DNA of 64,000 nt, taken from Isurus oxyrinchus (taxonomy: Eukaryota). The stretch is taken from positions 4,216,001 to 4,280,000 of the forward strand of contig JANJGN010000047.1 in assembly GCA_026770705.1 (NCBI GenBank). The letters are read 5' to 3'. Below the pieces are notes generated by a model. It was not told where the DNA came from and searched no databases. It worked only from the letters and a program-made list of their open reading frames with translations. Both the position numbers and the translations under genes were made by a program. Within the stretch, counting starts at the first letter, position 1; the number at the start of each line of letters is the position of its first letter. Positions 36,200-48,679 of this stretch are shown piece by piece.

Positions 36200-37620
36200 C
36201 ATGAAATGTGCAGAGCTAAGCGATGCTGAAGCCAATGGATCAGCGCAAAACTCTGCAGGCCTGCCCCATCATTCGAGAATGGTCGTAGGTAATAAAACAA
36301 CCAACATGCTGAGGTTGGTCCACGATGACCCATCTGCTTCCAGGATTTTTAAATGACAGTGATGAAGCATTTGAACCTTCCTTCCTCCAGAAGCCCCCTT
36401 GCATCACAAATGCTTGCCTGGATACAAATATTTTAAATAATTGTCGTAGATACCAGTTCTTCTCTTAAAGCAAGGTACATCCGATGGGATCATTGATTTT
36501 TCCAACAGTTTTCTCTGAACAATTAGCTTCAGACTTTCTTTAAATCTCAGTCAATACATTCAGTCGATGGCGTGGAAGGTGGAGCGGAGGGGGGGGGAAT
36601 TTATAAGAAGTCAGGTTGTGGGATGGTGTTGCACACTCTGCACGGGATTTAGTCGCACCGAACACAAAAAACCGAGTCTTTTCTGTTTACGGTGGACAAC
36701 CCTCTGATCCCCAGGGCAGCGTTTTCGTAATTGCTCACACTTGTCTCCTAGGCCCAACCATCGTTTGGTCCTTTATAAGTATTTTCCCTCCAACATAAAT
36801 TTATCAGTGTTGATGTTCGCTGAAGGCTGCACAATATTGAGCAATACTCCTATCTCCACAGGCTTTCAAGCCGTCCATTCCAATATAAAACAATGTCTGG
36901 ACAACATTCTCGCTTTGACCGATAGGCAGGAACCGACTATTCCACCATGCGCATTCCAGGTAATTTCCAACGAAATGAATTCGAAACATCTCCTCTTACA
37001 TTTCACTGCCATCAACAACAACAAATCTTCTACCTGAAATTTGCTAAGGAATGTTAATATGTAGCTACTTAACCGGCGAGGAATTTAAATTTTGTGCTGG
37101 CAAGTCCAGGTAAGTGGTTGAATATACTGTGGCGAGTAATTCATCACCTTCATCCCCAAAGCTTGCTCATCCATCAATAAGTAGCAACTGTTCATTTCCT
37201 TAGACTAATTCCCATTTTCCTAGATCAGCCAAGCTCAGACAACACACAAGCTCAAGAGGATTGGAAGCAAAGCGTGCCTTACTCACTACATTAAGCATTA
37301 TCATTCTCCATCAACTGCATACATGACAGCAAGGAGTGCCATCTACAGGATACATGGCGACCCTCGACAATTACCTCCAGGACAGCAGAAGCATGAGTAC
37401 ACAACTAGCTGCATGCTGTGCTTGAAGGCGCACAGCATCATCATTAGTGTATATATTACCGTGTCTTCATTGTCACTGGGCCAACATCTTAGAGAATACT
37501 CCCCTAAATCACTGAGAGTGCACCATAGTTACACTTAATGGGGTACATCAATGTGGTCAACCTTCGAAACTGCAGTCAGGTGTGGACAAAATTGGCGGAA
37601 ATTCCAGCAAAGCCTGGAAT
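36200..37620 (+). mobile_element. Decayed LINE RT/3' fragment
   Basis: gatgttcgctgaaggctgcacaatattgagcaat (MFADD-like motif), gagtgccatctacaggatacat. Confidence 0.6.
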
Positions 37621-37689
37621 GCACTGCTGTCTGCATCCAAAGGTCCACGATCAGTGTCCTGTGCTGCCCTATGTATACACGTGCACTCC

Positions 37690-39960
37690 CGTCACATCAG
37701 CATTGACTCATCCTATCTCAAAGCTGCCCTGACCATCTGATTGATTTCATTTCTCTTCTGATCTGACATGCTAAGAGGAATATTTTTAGCTTCTTTTCAG
37801 GTGTTAAGGAATGCACGCTCCAACCAGTACTTGATAACCAGAAACCACACCCGTCGTGTCCCTCTGACCCCATCCTGTCTCATACTCCCAGCCCTTGCCA
37901 CGCATTCACAATATTCTCTGGCCTTCCCCTCTATGACACTGAATGTCCAGTACCCAGCCAATGACTCAGGTCCATGACCTAACGTCCTTACCGCAATTTA
38001 TTTTGGGCTCGGCCCCATGCTGAACTTGTCATCTTCTACTTCCAACTCTGTGCTCATTTCTTTGGGCAAGGAGTAGGCCAGCCATTGCACGGATAACTTC
38101 ATTCGCCTCCAGTACCCTCCCTCCACCATGTCACCTGTCTCTGGCATATTACCTGCTCTTGATCGTTTCATTGAGATCATCAGTGCGACGTCAGCCAATT
38201 CAATTTCTCTGGTCCTTTCACACACGCTAGCCTGTCCCCTTCTGAACATTCTGTTGTTTTAGGTCTAACACTAACTTTGTTCACAAACCTGCCAGCAAGG
38301 GTGGTATGTTGTTGTCTGGCACACTGGCCACTACCTCACAGAAGCTCAGCGCCAACTCGCAGACAATGCTACCTATCTCCCCTTGTAGCATGGCCTCACC
38401 ACGGAACATGAAGCCATTGATTCCAGGACTATCACTTACCTTATATCATCTTGAGATATTTACTCCACTGCTTCCAGTCATCGTCTCCCATGCTTCATAT
38501 CCGGCACTCCGCGACCCTTATTTAACACCTCTGTCTTCATTTTGGTTGATAAAATTCCCACAATATTCATGGCAAGCCCACTGACTCTCAAAGAGTCCTC
38601 CATACGTCTTAAACTGCACTCTGCTTCATGTAATGGCTCCAAACCATTCTCCCAGTTGTTTCAACTACTTCACACCTGTTCCCTTGATTCCACAATAAAA
38701 ATCAAAACTTCGGGCATGTGCCCCTTCTTCTCCATCCGAGGTGCCTCAGGCACTGTTGTTGACAGGGCCTTCAACCAGGCCCTAACCACCTCCAGCGCTT
38801 CTGCCCTCACACCATCTTCTCCCTGCCAGAGTCATGATGGAACACCCTTGGTCCTGAATTTTCACCAAACTCTCTCCACATTCAAATAATCTTTCAGCGC
38901 CATTTCTGCCAGCTCCAGCACGATGAACGCATCTAACGCAGCTACCCTGCAACCTTTTGTCAACATCATGTCGGAATAAGTTACGCCGAGACACTCTTGT
39001 ACACTTCTCCATCACCGTAAACACTTCATCCCCTTTCCACAGCACCTTCCATTGCAATCACAGAAGTTGCAACATCTGACACTTTCCTTTCTCCCTCATC
39101 ACCATCAAAGCGCCCAAACACTGCCTGCAGGTGAAACAGCGTTTCCATGCACCTCCTTCAATTTGGTCTGCTACACAACATTTACTAAACCCAGGCTGGG
39201 TGCCCGCTTTGCGATGCACCTCCATCCTGTCTACAAGCATAACACAGCCCTTCCAGCCAATTGCCATTTCAACAACCCATTCTGCTCTCATGTCCACATA
39301 TCCATTCTTTGCCTCCTGCAATGCTTCACTGAAACCCAAAGCAAACTGGAGGAACAATACCTCATCTCCTGACTAGGCAACTTCTGATGTTTGAACTTCA
39401 GATCCAGTTCACAACTTCAGCCCATTAAATTTTACCCACATGTATAATCCCCTTTTTTAACCTGACTTTTATTTCTGCAACTTATTTTCGTCATTTAGCC
39501 ATTGTTGTAGAACTTTTTTATCACCCTTCTTTCCGATTATCTATCCTTTTCCCGCACCACTGCCCGCTCCCCCAACACCATCCCCAAAGACCTCAACTGT
39601 TACTTGATACATGTTGTTCTTTCACTCAATGCTACTCTTGCTCTGCTATTATTGCATTCTGATTTATGATACGTTTGCTACAATGAGCACCGCTTTTAGC
39701 TGTACTACTACAATTAAGAATCCTTGTGTCCTTGTAGCTCTGACACGGTTGTCAATCTCTCCTTTGACCTTACGTATCGCTGGCCTTCTATCTCACTTCA
39801 CATGCCCCAATCCCCTTAAGCAGCTTACATTTCATTATGGTCCCAATTCTCTTCAGCTCTGAAGAAGAGTCATACGGGCTCGAAGCGATGACTCTGTTTC
39901 TCTCTCCAGATCTGTTGCTAGACGTGCTGAGCTTTTGCAGCATTGCCTGTTTGTTTTTTC
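37690..39960 (+). mobile_element. Penelope-like retroelement (RT + GIY-YIG remnant + 3' end with hammerhead motif), internally deleted
   Basis: aaacctgccagcaagggtggt (KPADKGG-like) at ~38285; ORF 39052 ends LGARFAMHL...CHFN...KLEEQYLI (GIY-YIG C-terminus); terminal ctgaagaagagtcatacgggctcgaag. Confidence 0.85.
39855..39894 (+). ncRNA. Minimal type I hammerhead ribozyme motif, degenerate
   Basis: CTGAAGA core, gagtc/ggctc stem II, GAAA mutated to GAAG; lies at the Penelope 3' end. Confidence 0.5.
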
Positions 39961-40464
39961 ATAATTTTATATTATTCCTGGGTAATGGAAAGTGGAAGTG
40001 AATTTCCATATCAGAATACCAGATGTACCCTAACAATTATGAGCTGAATATGAGGTCGACCCGAGAGCCTAAACATCTACCTATATGCATGTTTTACTTA
40101 GAATGCTAATGAAATCCACCACGCCACCCCGCAACTTTGTATATTCAGGAAATAACATCCAGCCTCCTAAAGCTTTCTGACAGTTACAAAACTCTATTGA
40201 GTTTTCACACAGGTAGAGCTTTTCGTGCACTTTTTCACGTTATGGTGAATAGAGATTTGGAAAGAGATAAAAATGGACTGTGTTCAATGTGTCGGTTGCA
40301 GTTAACCAAAGATAGCTTCAAATAAGGGAGGCGGAATTTAAATTATACCTCTTGGCACAGAGGGTGGGAGTTGGGAGTGGCGAACATTAGGGGTGGTCCC
40401 CGCAGGAAGCCAAAGCCATGAATGCAGGGTGAGTGAAACTTTATTTTTCGGTACGGGAGCGACG

Positions 40465-40663
40465 TTTGTTTGTGTGTGTGTGTTTGTGTCTGTGTGTGTG
40501 AGTGTGTGTGTGTTTGCGTCTGTGTGTGTGTTTGCGTCTGTGTGCGTGAGTGTGTGTGTGTTTGCGTCTGTGTGTGTGTTTGCGTCTGTGTGCGTGAGCG
40601 CGTGTGTGAGTGTGTGTGTTTGTGTCTGTGTGTGTGTGCATGCGTGTGTGTGTGTGTGTGTGT
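40465..40663. repeat. (TG)n microsatellite with a higher-order gtgtgtttgcgtct unit
   Basis: Directly visible. Confidence 0.95.
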
Positions 40664-41604
40664 TTTATTTTGTGTAGGGAGGAAGAGCGGGAGGTTTGAG
40701 GTGGGGTGGCAGGCTAAGGAGGTAATCAGTTCATGATGACATGCTGTGAACGGCAGGGCTCAACCTGCCAGAAACGCTGACGCCACAGTACATAATGTTG
40801 ATTAAACCCCACCGAAATAATGCACTGTCCGTTTTTTTTCAGAGATCAAAGCAGATTTACCACAGACTTAGGAACGAGGGTCAAGGTGAGGAAAGGCGAA
40901 ACCCTTTTTGGGATTGTAGCCCATGTCCAATATCGCAGTGGAAATTACAAAGATTGAGTGATTGAGAGGAAGGGTCGTGAGGGAGAGGAACCTGGTTGGT
41001 GTGGGACATGTTGACGGAAGATAAAGTTTGGATGGTTGGTCATTGGTGAAAGGGACACTTCTAATTTTGCTGGGATAATTTTCTGATCAAGGAGAAGAAG
41101 AAAAACTCTGCAGTGAAGCAGCAATGGAGGGTATGTCAATAGAACAATGTGATTGCCTTTGCATAATATCTTTCAAAACAAACTCTCGGTTGGGATCCTG
41201 AATATTAACTGTAATTGACCCCGTGTCAGGCACACACAGTTATTGGTTCCACTGCTCCATGATTCACTGTAATACAGTGATACCAGTCATATTTATAATT
41301 AGAACTGAAGGAGCGAAAAGTATCCAAAAATGAAAAGAAAAATTCTAAGTACCTGTTCATTTTTGTGGGATCAGCCCTTAATATGCGGACTTCTGAGTTT
41401 CTTGCCAGGAAAGTTCTGAATTAGGTAATGCTTTGTATTTAGAAATGTCTGCCTTGAAAGAAATAATTCAAAGCTACTGAATGAATGTGACTTCGAGCAA
41501 CGATCGAACATGTTTCTCTTGGTGGGAACTCATCCCACGTATTATTCAGGGCCCAGTTGAATAGTTTTCTTCAGTTTTCCTTCTTGAGGTGCCGTTTTCA
41601 GACC

Positions 41605-43950
41605 AGCAGAAATCGAGAAGAGGCCCTTCGGCCCATCGAGGCGGCACCGACAGGTGAGAAATTCCTGACCTACCTATCTAAACTCCATTTACCAGCACTT
41701 GACCCATTACCTTTAAAGTTATGTTGTGCCAAGTGCTCTTCCACATACTTTTTTAATGGCCATGCATTCCAGACTTTCACCTGGGTAAAATAGTTTTTCC
41801 TCATTACCCCCTGAACCTCCTGCCCCTCACGTTGAACTTAGGCCCCTTTGTGAATTACCCTTGAACAAAGGGGAACAGTTGCTCACTATCCACCATGTCC
41901 ATGCCTATCATAATATTGTACAGCTCGATCTGGTCTCCCCTCAGTCATCTTTGCTCCAAGGAAGAAAACTTAAGTTTGTCCAACCTCTGTTCATAACATG
42001 AATATTTAATCCCAGGCAACATCGTGGTGAATCTCCTCTGCACCCACTCCAGTACAATCACATCTTTCTTATAATGTGGCAACCAGAACTGCACACAATG
42101 CTGAAGCTGTGGCCCAAATAAGGTTCTATAGAACTCCAGCATGAGCCCCCGGCATTTGCATTCTATTCATCGATTGATAAAGGCAATTGTTTTTTTGCAT
42201 TTTTCACTCCCCCACTAATATGACCCTCTGCCTTCTGAGATCTATGGACACGCCTGCCAAGGTCCCTTTGTTCCTTTGAACTTTAAACTCTTTGGAAAAA
42301 GTAACTGGATCTGCACGTAAAGTGTGGTTAGCTGCAGGTCTATGGGACTGTTGGCATAAGGTGGGATTAGAAAGAGTACGTGGGTGTCTTCGCGCTGTCA
42401 TGGACATGATGGGCCGAATGGCCTCCTTCTGTGCAGCAACTTTTCTTCGGTTCAATGGTTGAAATTCCAGGAATGTTGAAATCACCTAATATAGTTAACC
42501 TTTTTTTTATTGCTTTTACACATCTCTGCAAATTTTGCACATATCTGCTCCTCAATTTCCCACTGAACATCTTGGGGTCTATAAGAAACACCTTACAATG
42601 CTTCACTCGATGCCCCCTCCAAGATATCATCTCTCCTTACTGCAGTAACTGACTCATTAACTAATAATGCAACACCTCAACCTCAATTAACCCCTCCCCT
42701 GTCTCGCCTGAACATTCCATATCCCTGAATGTTGAACTGGCAATCCCGCCCTTCCCTCAACTACGTCTCAATGATGGCTACTATATCACAAATGCACTTG
42801 TCAATCCTCACTCTTAACTCATTAGTTTTACCTGTAATACTCCTGGCATTAAAGTAGAGGCCATCCAGTCTTGCTTTACTCCCTTGAAAGCGTAATGCAA
42901 CTGTATTTCCACTGACTTTATTGTTGTACTGTAGTATGATGTGTCCTTATCCTGATAACACTGTGTCCCATCCTCCTGCCGAATTAATTTGAAATCCTGA
43001 CAACAGCACTAGGAAACCCACCTGCAAGGATATTATTCCCGCTCCAGTTCAGATGTAGTCCATCGCGTTATACAGATTCCAACTTCCCTAGAAAAGGTCC
43101 CAGTGTTACCGGAATCTAAAAAAACTCCCTCCTGTGCAAATGCTAAAGCCACGTATTCATCTGTGTTATTCTCCTTTTTTGATCTCGATAGTATGTGACA
43201 CTGGTAGCCATCTTGAGATTACAACCCGGGAAGTCTTGATTTTTAGTATACTGCTTTATTCGCTGAATTCTTGATGCAAGACCTCATCCCTCTTTCTACC
43301 TATTTCAGTGGTACCAACATGTACCAAAAAGAGTGCCGTATCATTCTCCCCCTTCAAGATTCCCTGCAGCCATTCAGTGACATCCCGGACCCTGGCACCG
43401 TCCCGGAGCCACGTTGACGGCCACAGTAGTGCCTATCTGTTCCGCTGACAGCAGAATCCCCTATTAATTCCTCCCTTCCCCCTTCCTGTTCAGACAGGCT
43501 GCCTGTGGCGACAGAGGCTTGGCTTGTCTGCATGCCCTGGGCGACCCATCGGCCTTATCAGCCTCCAAAATAGAATACCGATTTGCGAGCGGGACCCCAG
43601 GGGACTCCGTAACTACCTGTCTGCTTCAACTGGGCCTCCCAGCGGTCACTCATCCCTTCCATCCTCAAGTCCCTTCAGCTTCGGTGTGACGACCATTCTA
43701 AACATGCTGTCGATGAGCTCACATCCTCGTGGATGCTCCTCAGTGACTCCAGACCAAGTTCCTGCAATGAAACCCGAACTTCCTGGAGCTGCAGGAGGAC
43801 TCATCTCCCTTAGATATGCTGGCCCCGGGCATTTAAATATCCCCGGCTTCCCACAAGGAGCACGAGGACGACACCACAGCTTTGAACGCTCTTGCCATGC
43901 CTAATCCTTGTAAATTAAACATTTTACATCAATTACTCTTAGGCTCTTCT
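41605..43950 (-). mobile_element. CR1-type LINE with large internal deletion (3' end, RT C-terminus, endonuclease, ORF1 remnant); short SINE/LINE end inserted at ~42300-42440
   Basis: Minus ORFs MLEFYRTLFGPQLQHCVQFWLPHYKKD...RRFTTMLPG and TILGDFNIPG (APE endonuclease); cgtggctccgggacggtgccagggtccgggatg is ORF1 esterase-like. Confidence 0.8.
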
Positions 43951-44946
43951 TTCGTTACTAGAGAATATACAAACTAAATCAACAAAAACACCTTAAACTA
44001 CAAGAGGTTAAAATTGCAAATACCTTACCCACTACTTCCCATTGATTTATTTCCATGATAGTCTCTACTGATGCAGCAGGGCAAAACTCTCGCTCTGAAA
44101 GTTTAAGAAGTTGGAAAAAATGCAAAGAACAGCTCGCACCCTACGCACCAACTGCCCACTGTGCACCAAATTGCGAATAGCCAAGCTGGATTTGCCCAAC
44201 TATGGATGTGATCTCTCCTTGTTCGTGTGCAAGCAGGGCTTTCACTGTATTTATAATTGAAAATGCTTTGAAATGTTAATTAATTAATTTTTGTCTTATT
44301 GTATGGGGAACGTGTTTCTGGACTAACAGAACGAATGAGGCCACCGGGAGGTGTGAACAATGTTGTATTTGGGGCTACATGTCTTCGGGTTTCTTGATAA
44401 GCGTTTTTCTAGTGCTTCAGAAAGAGGCTGATCACAGTTTCCATTTGTAAAACAGGCAGCTGAAATTCCTCCATCTCCAATTGCATTCTTCTGTTTTAGA
44501 TTTGATTCCAATGTTTTTCTTTTGTTTGTTTTCTCACTGTAGATTTTTTCTTTTCATTTCGGCACTGCTTCAGGTTTACGATTGAATGCTCTGCTCACTC
44601 TTTCATATTTTCTTGCAAAATGTATTTTGGATGATTTCACTGTAACGGGGCCACGCTGAAAAGTGAAGCACTTTGATGGGGCGTTGTATAATGTTCACTG
44701 TTTTGCAGGGATGTTCATGTTCACTGCTTGTGTCCGGCGACGGTTCCTTCCAGTTAAGTGTTAACTTATTGGGAGCGTAGATGAAATTGACTTCCGGCTA
44801 ATTGAATCATGGAACAATCCAGCACTGTACTTTATAATTTCAAGATAATTATTTCATTCATATTTTTGTGAAGTCTGCTTGGAGGATCCATGATTTTTTC
44901 TTCTTCTGTGCATTGTACATGATACAAACAGTTGGAGACATGCATT

Positions 44947-45246
44947 ATAAAAACAAAAAAACTGTGGATGCTGGAAATCCAAAACAAAAACAGAATTACT
45001 TAGAAAAACTCAGCAGGTCTGGCAGCATCGGCGGAGAAGAAAGGAGTTGACATTTCGAGTCCTCATGACCCTTCGACAGAACTTGAGTTCGAGTCCAAGA
45101 AAGATTTGTTTATTTCAACTCTTTCTTGGACTCGAACTCAAGTTCTTTCGAAGGGTCATGAGGACTCGAAACGTCAACTCTTTTCTTCTCTGCCGATGCT
45201 GCCAGACCTGCTGAGTTTTTCCAGGTAATTCTGTTTTTGTTTTGGA
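44947..45246. mobile_element. Palindromic Penelope 3'-end insertion with 15-bp target-site duplication
   Basis: Arms 44978-45108 and 45116-45246 are reverse complements; ttggagacatgcatt occurs at 44932-44946 and 45242-45256. Confidence 0.92.
45141..45179 (+). ncRNA. Minimal hammerhead-like motif (mirror copy on the - strand at ~45045-45083)
   Basis: agtt-CTTTCGA-a-gggtc-atgag-gactc-GAAA-cg-TC-aact. Confidence 0.5.
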
Positions 45247-46520
45247 GACATGCATTTTTGCTCAAATTGTTAAACTGCTCACCGCGGCTGAACAACTGCA
45301 CAGGTTGTGAATACTAAAGTTTGAAATCTGGCTGGCTAATAGAATGGAGAAGCAGGATGTAATGCCCAAAATGAACGTTGAAAAAAGAGAGGAGAGCATT
45401 GGAGAGAGAGAGAGAGAGCAAAATAATGTAAAGCTATCATCAGTGTGAATCATGCATAAGGTGGGACGGCTGATTTGCTCAGAACAATTATTGAGACAAA
45501 ACTGATTTTAAGTTGCACATACGATGGTGCCACATATAGTGCAGAGTAATGGTGGATCTGCTCGGTGTGAGTTAAAACTGTCAAGCCTTCAAGAGAGTTT
45601 TTTACTGAAGCTTCATTTTCCTTCCTTACTGCAGACTAGGCATAATAGCGTCATGTTTTCATTTCCATGATGTCGATTGACAGCTTCACTATCGTGATTT
45701 AGATACCATCTGACAATTCATTAGAAAAAACATCATGTCAAGAACATGTTTAAATTTATTGATTGAAAATGTGCTGAGGGAATTGATCACACTTGATTTG
45801 TTCCCAACTTACTGGTTCCATAACACAAATGGGCACAGGTAATGATGTTTTTTTTTGTGCAAACTGAACTGTTAAAGACATTTTTGCACTATTATTCTGC
45901 TGAAATATATCCCTTTTGACTAATCCTACTCTGATTTTAATCAGTTTATCCAACTGCCAAATCCATCAGCTCCAGTCTTCCTTCCTGCTCGGATATGACA
46001 TTTCCCCTGTCTTCCTAAGACTATAATTCATTGTCTAGGCCTCCAAATTACTCTCCCAATGGTATCCAGAATGTTGAACTCAATGCGATGTGAGTTCATT
46101 TATTTTATTTTAAAGACTGTTTCGGCAAAACACTGATTGATTCGCATGTACCAGTAGAACGAAGCAGCTGTAATAAACGTTGTCACAAGGAATCCCTCCC
46201 GTTCGAATGCAGCCCAAATGACAATTTCAGACGTTGGATTCCGCCTGTGTAAACTGACTTCCGCCTCTCGGCTGGCACTGCACTGCAGAGTCACTCAGTC
46301 CTTTCTGTGGAATCGATAAAATTGATACAAATTGTTTCAAGATTTCCTGAATCATTGCTGGTTTTAAAAATAAAACCCAATCAAAGGTTCAGAAAAAAAA
46401 CAGCGTGAATCGGATGATGGTCCAGTAAAGTACTAACATCAACCACAGATTGTGCCACCTCCTGCTGTGGCCCCACATCTTAACAATAACATCTATGCTT
46501 TATCTTTCCCCCTCTCCAAG

Positions 46521-47310
46521 TTAACATGGCGGCGATTGCAATCCTTTCCCGAGGAAAATGCGTTCTGCCCAAATGTATAAGTGGGCACCAGCGGGGAAAG
46601 GCTGTGACCGATCTCCCTGTCGTTCTACCTGAAGCGATATTGCAATGGATAGGGGCGCTTTATTTCCTAGATTACTTCCTGAAAATTACTCCTGTGTGCT
46701 ACCTCATAATCACCTTGTCCTTTGAAGCAACAGCGCTTTCCATATGTTTCACAGTCGCTTTCAACTTTGACCGATTCATGGCCATTTGTTGCAAAAAACT
46801 GAGAACAAAGTATTGTACCGAGAAAACTGAAGCTGTCGATTTCGGAACAGTGAGCGTGGTGGGCTGCTTTGTTATGATCTCGTGGTACTTTATCCGGGAA
46901 CCAATAAATAAACTTGATAATATATTGTTACTTCACCCGTATCATCCGTATATTTGATGCTCTTCTGATTTTGCTTCTCAATCTCCCAATGATCAGACAT
47001 CTTGTGGTTTCCAGTAGTATCCGATGAAGTCTCCAGGGCTGTAATAAGAAAGAGGATCGCTAGGAACTAGAGCTGTTGAGCCGAAGGATGTCCACCATTT
47101 TAATGTTCAGAATTTCTGACAATTCAATTCTGTTAATGGCATTCCACCTAGTATATAGCAATTATCTGAATTTCCACAAACTGTTAATATAACAGAAATC
47201 AGAGCAGCAATGCTGCAGCGTCACAATAATTGCACCACCACATGTATTCACATTCTTACCCGGATTAAATTCAGAGAGGAGTTGGTGGACGATGTAAAAC
47301 GCCCATTCAA
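46521..47310 (+). pseudogene. GPR139-like class A GPCR pseudogene (main exon)
   Basis: cctctccaag acceptor, then NMAAIAILSRGKC...FTVAFNFDRFMAICCKKLRTKYCTEKT; the frame breaks after ~46930; TM7/helix-8 remnant MLQ...CTTTCIHILTRIKFREEL at ~47210-47285. Confidence 0.85.
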
Positions 47311-48679
47311 CCTTAATCCAAAAAGGGCAAAGATTCGATTCGAATGATGGCCATCTAGCTTTGTGAGATCCTCGCCCAAGAATACTGGAGCCTGATGATG
47401 GTGATGGTTTTGACTGACTGAATCATAATCAAAGAAGAGCAAACTCAGCAAGATGGATCGGAATGTGGGAGAGGAGGTTTAAACTAATCTCAATCGTCTT
47501 AACAAAGTAACCCTTCAAGCGTTTCTGTTTTTGGCAAACTTTTAAATTATGTTTTGCACACCCAATTTTCTGCAATTACTGCATACTTTGAAAAGAAGGC
47601 AACTAACATTGATATGTTAATTGTTTTGTGAGGGGATGGGGAAATGCAAGTTAGCTTACGTAGAAAGTTTGAACAGTCTTGGGCAGGATCCAATTTCGAA
47701 GAAAGAGAGATGATTTGACTTACACATATAAGATCCTGACAGAACTTGACAGGGTGAATGGTGAATGGACGTCTGTCCTCTTGGGCGAGTCTAGAACTTG
47801 GTGGATCAGTTAAAGAACATGGATTCTCAGATTTAAGACACAAGTGTGACGAATGTTTCTCTCAGATCTTGATGAGCATTTCGATCTCTCTTGCCCAACC
47901 AAACGAGGCGTCGGCGCCTGTGCAATTTATTTTTAAGGCAGATGTAAATGCATGCATAACTAAGAAGGGAGCCAAAGCCAATCAGGTTAAGTGAAATGTG
48001 GAGTAGAGTCCACAATAACATCAGTGATGATCTAGGTTGTCCGATCACCTATTCTTGCTCTGAATTTGCATGCATGCGGAATCTGTTATTGCTGAAGAAA
48101 CTCAGCCTGTGGCTGTTTCTGTGTAAGAGTGGGAGAGGTGGCAGATCTGTGTGGAGAGACATCTCTGTGTTGTTAATGTTTAACTGTGTGGGTGGTGCCG
48201 AAGGAGGCTGCGTGTATCCATGAATGGGGAGGAGTCCTCCTTGTGGAGGAAGGCTGCATCAGAAAGAGTGAAAAGTAGCTATCTACACCACTGCCACCTT
48301 CTCCTTCGGTCTACTGTCTCTTCTAACAAGTTTTTCTCTGAATGAAGTTGTTTCCTACATGTGGCCTTATTTCATTTTGGCCTCTACCCGTTACAAAAAA
48401 AATACGGGCGGAATTCTCTCAAATCCTCAAATACTGCTCACTTGTCCATCGCAGGTTTTCATCACTTCACCATTGCCGAGCAAGTATTACATCAGAGCGA
48501 CAATTCTATCTACTCCTGATATCATACGATCAATGTAACTTCAGAAAGCATCTTTCAAAATATGACCAAACCACTGTTATCACACATGAAAAACAGTTAC
48601 GTTATTTTGTTTTATGGTCAACTTATATCACGTCAACAGGAAAAATATTGAAGAGCATATCATATTGCGATTTTAATAA

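Noticed and set aside
44320-44830. Purine-skewed minus-strand stretch that looks coding
   Set aside because: Stops interrupt the frames I read and I recognised no domain.
44947-45246. pre-miRNA or DNA-transposon MITE interpretation of the palindromes
   Set aside because: The arms match Penelope 3' ends, are asymmetric and variable in length, and have 15-17 bp TSDs unlike cut-and-paste transposons.
45110-45301. Repeated small ORF ...QNKNRITWKNSAGLAASAEKKRVDVSSPHDPS (also 54380-54565 and 44868-45050)
   Set aside because: It recurs only because it is the antisense reading of the Penelope terminal repeat.
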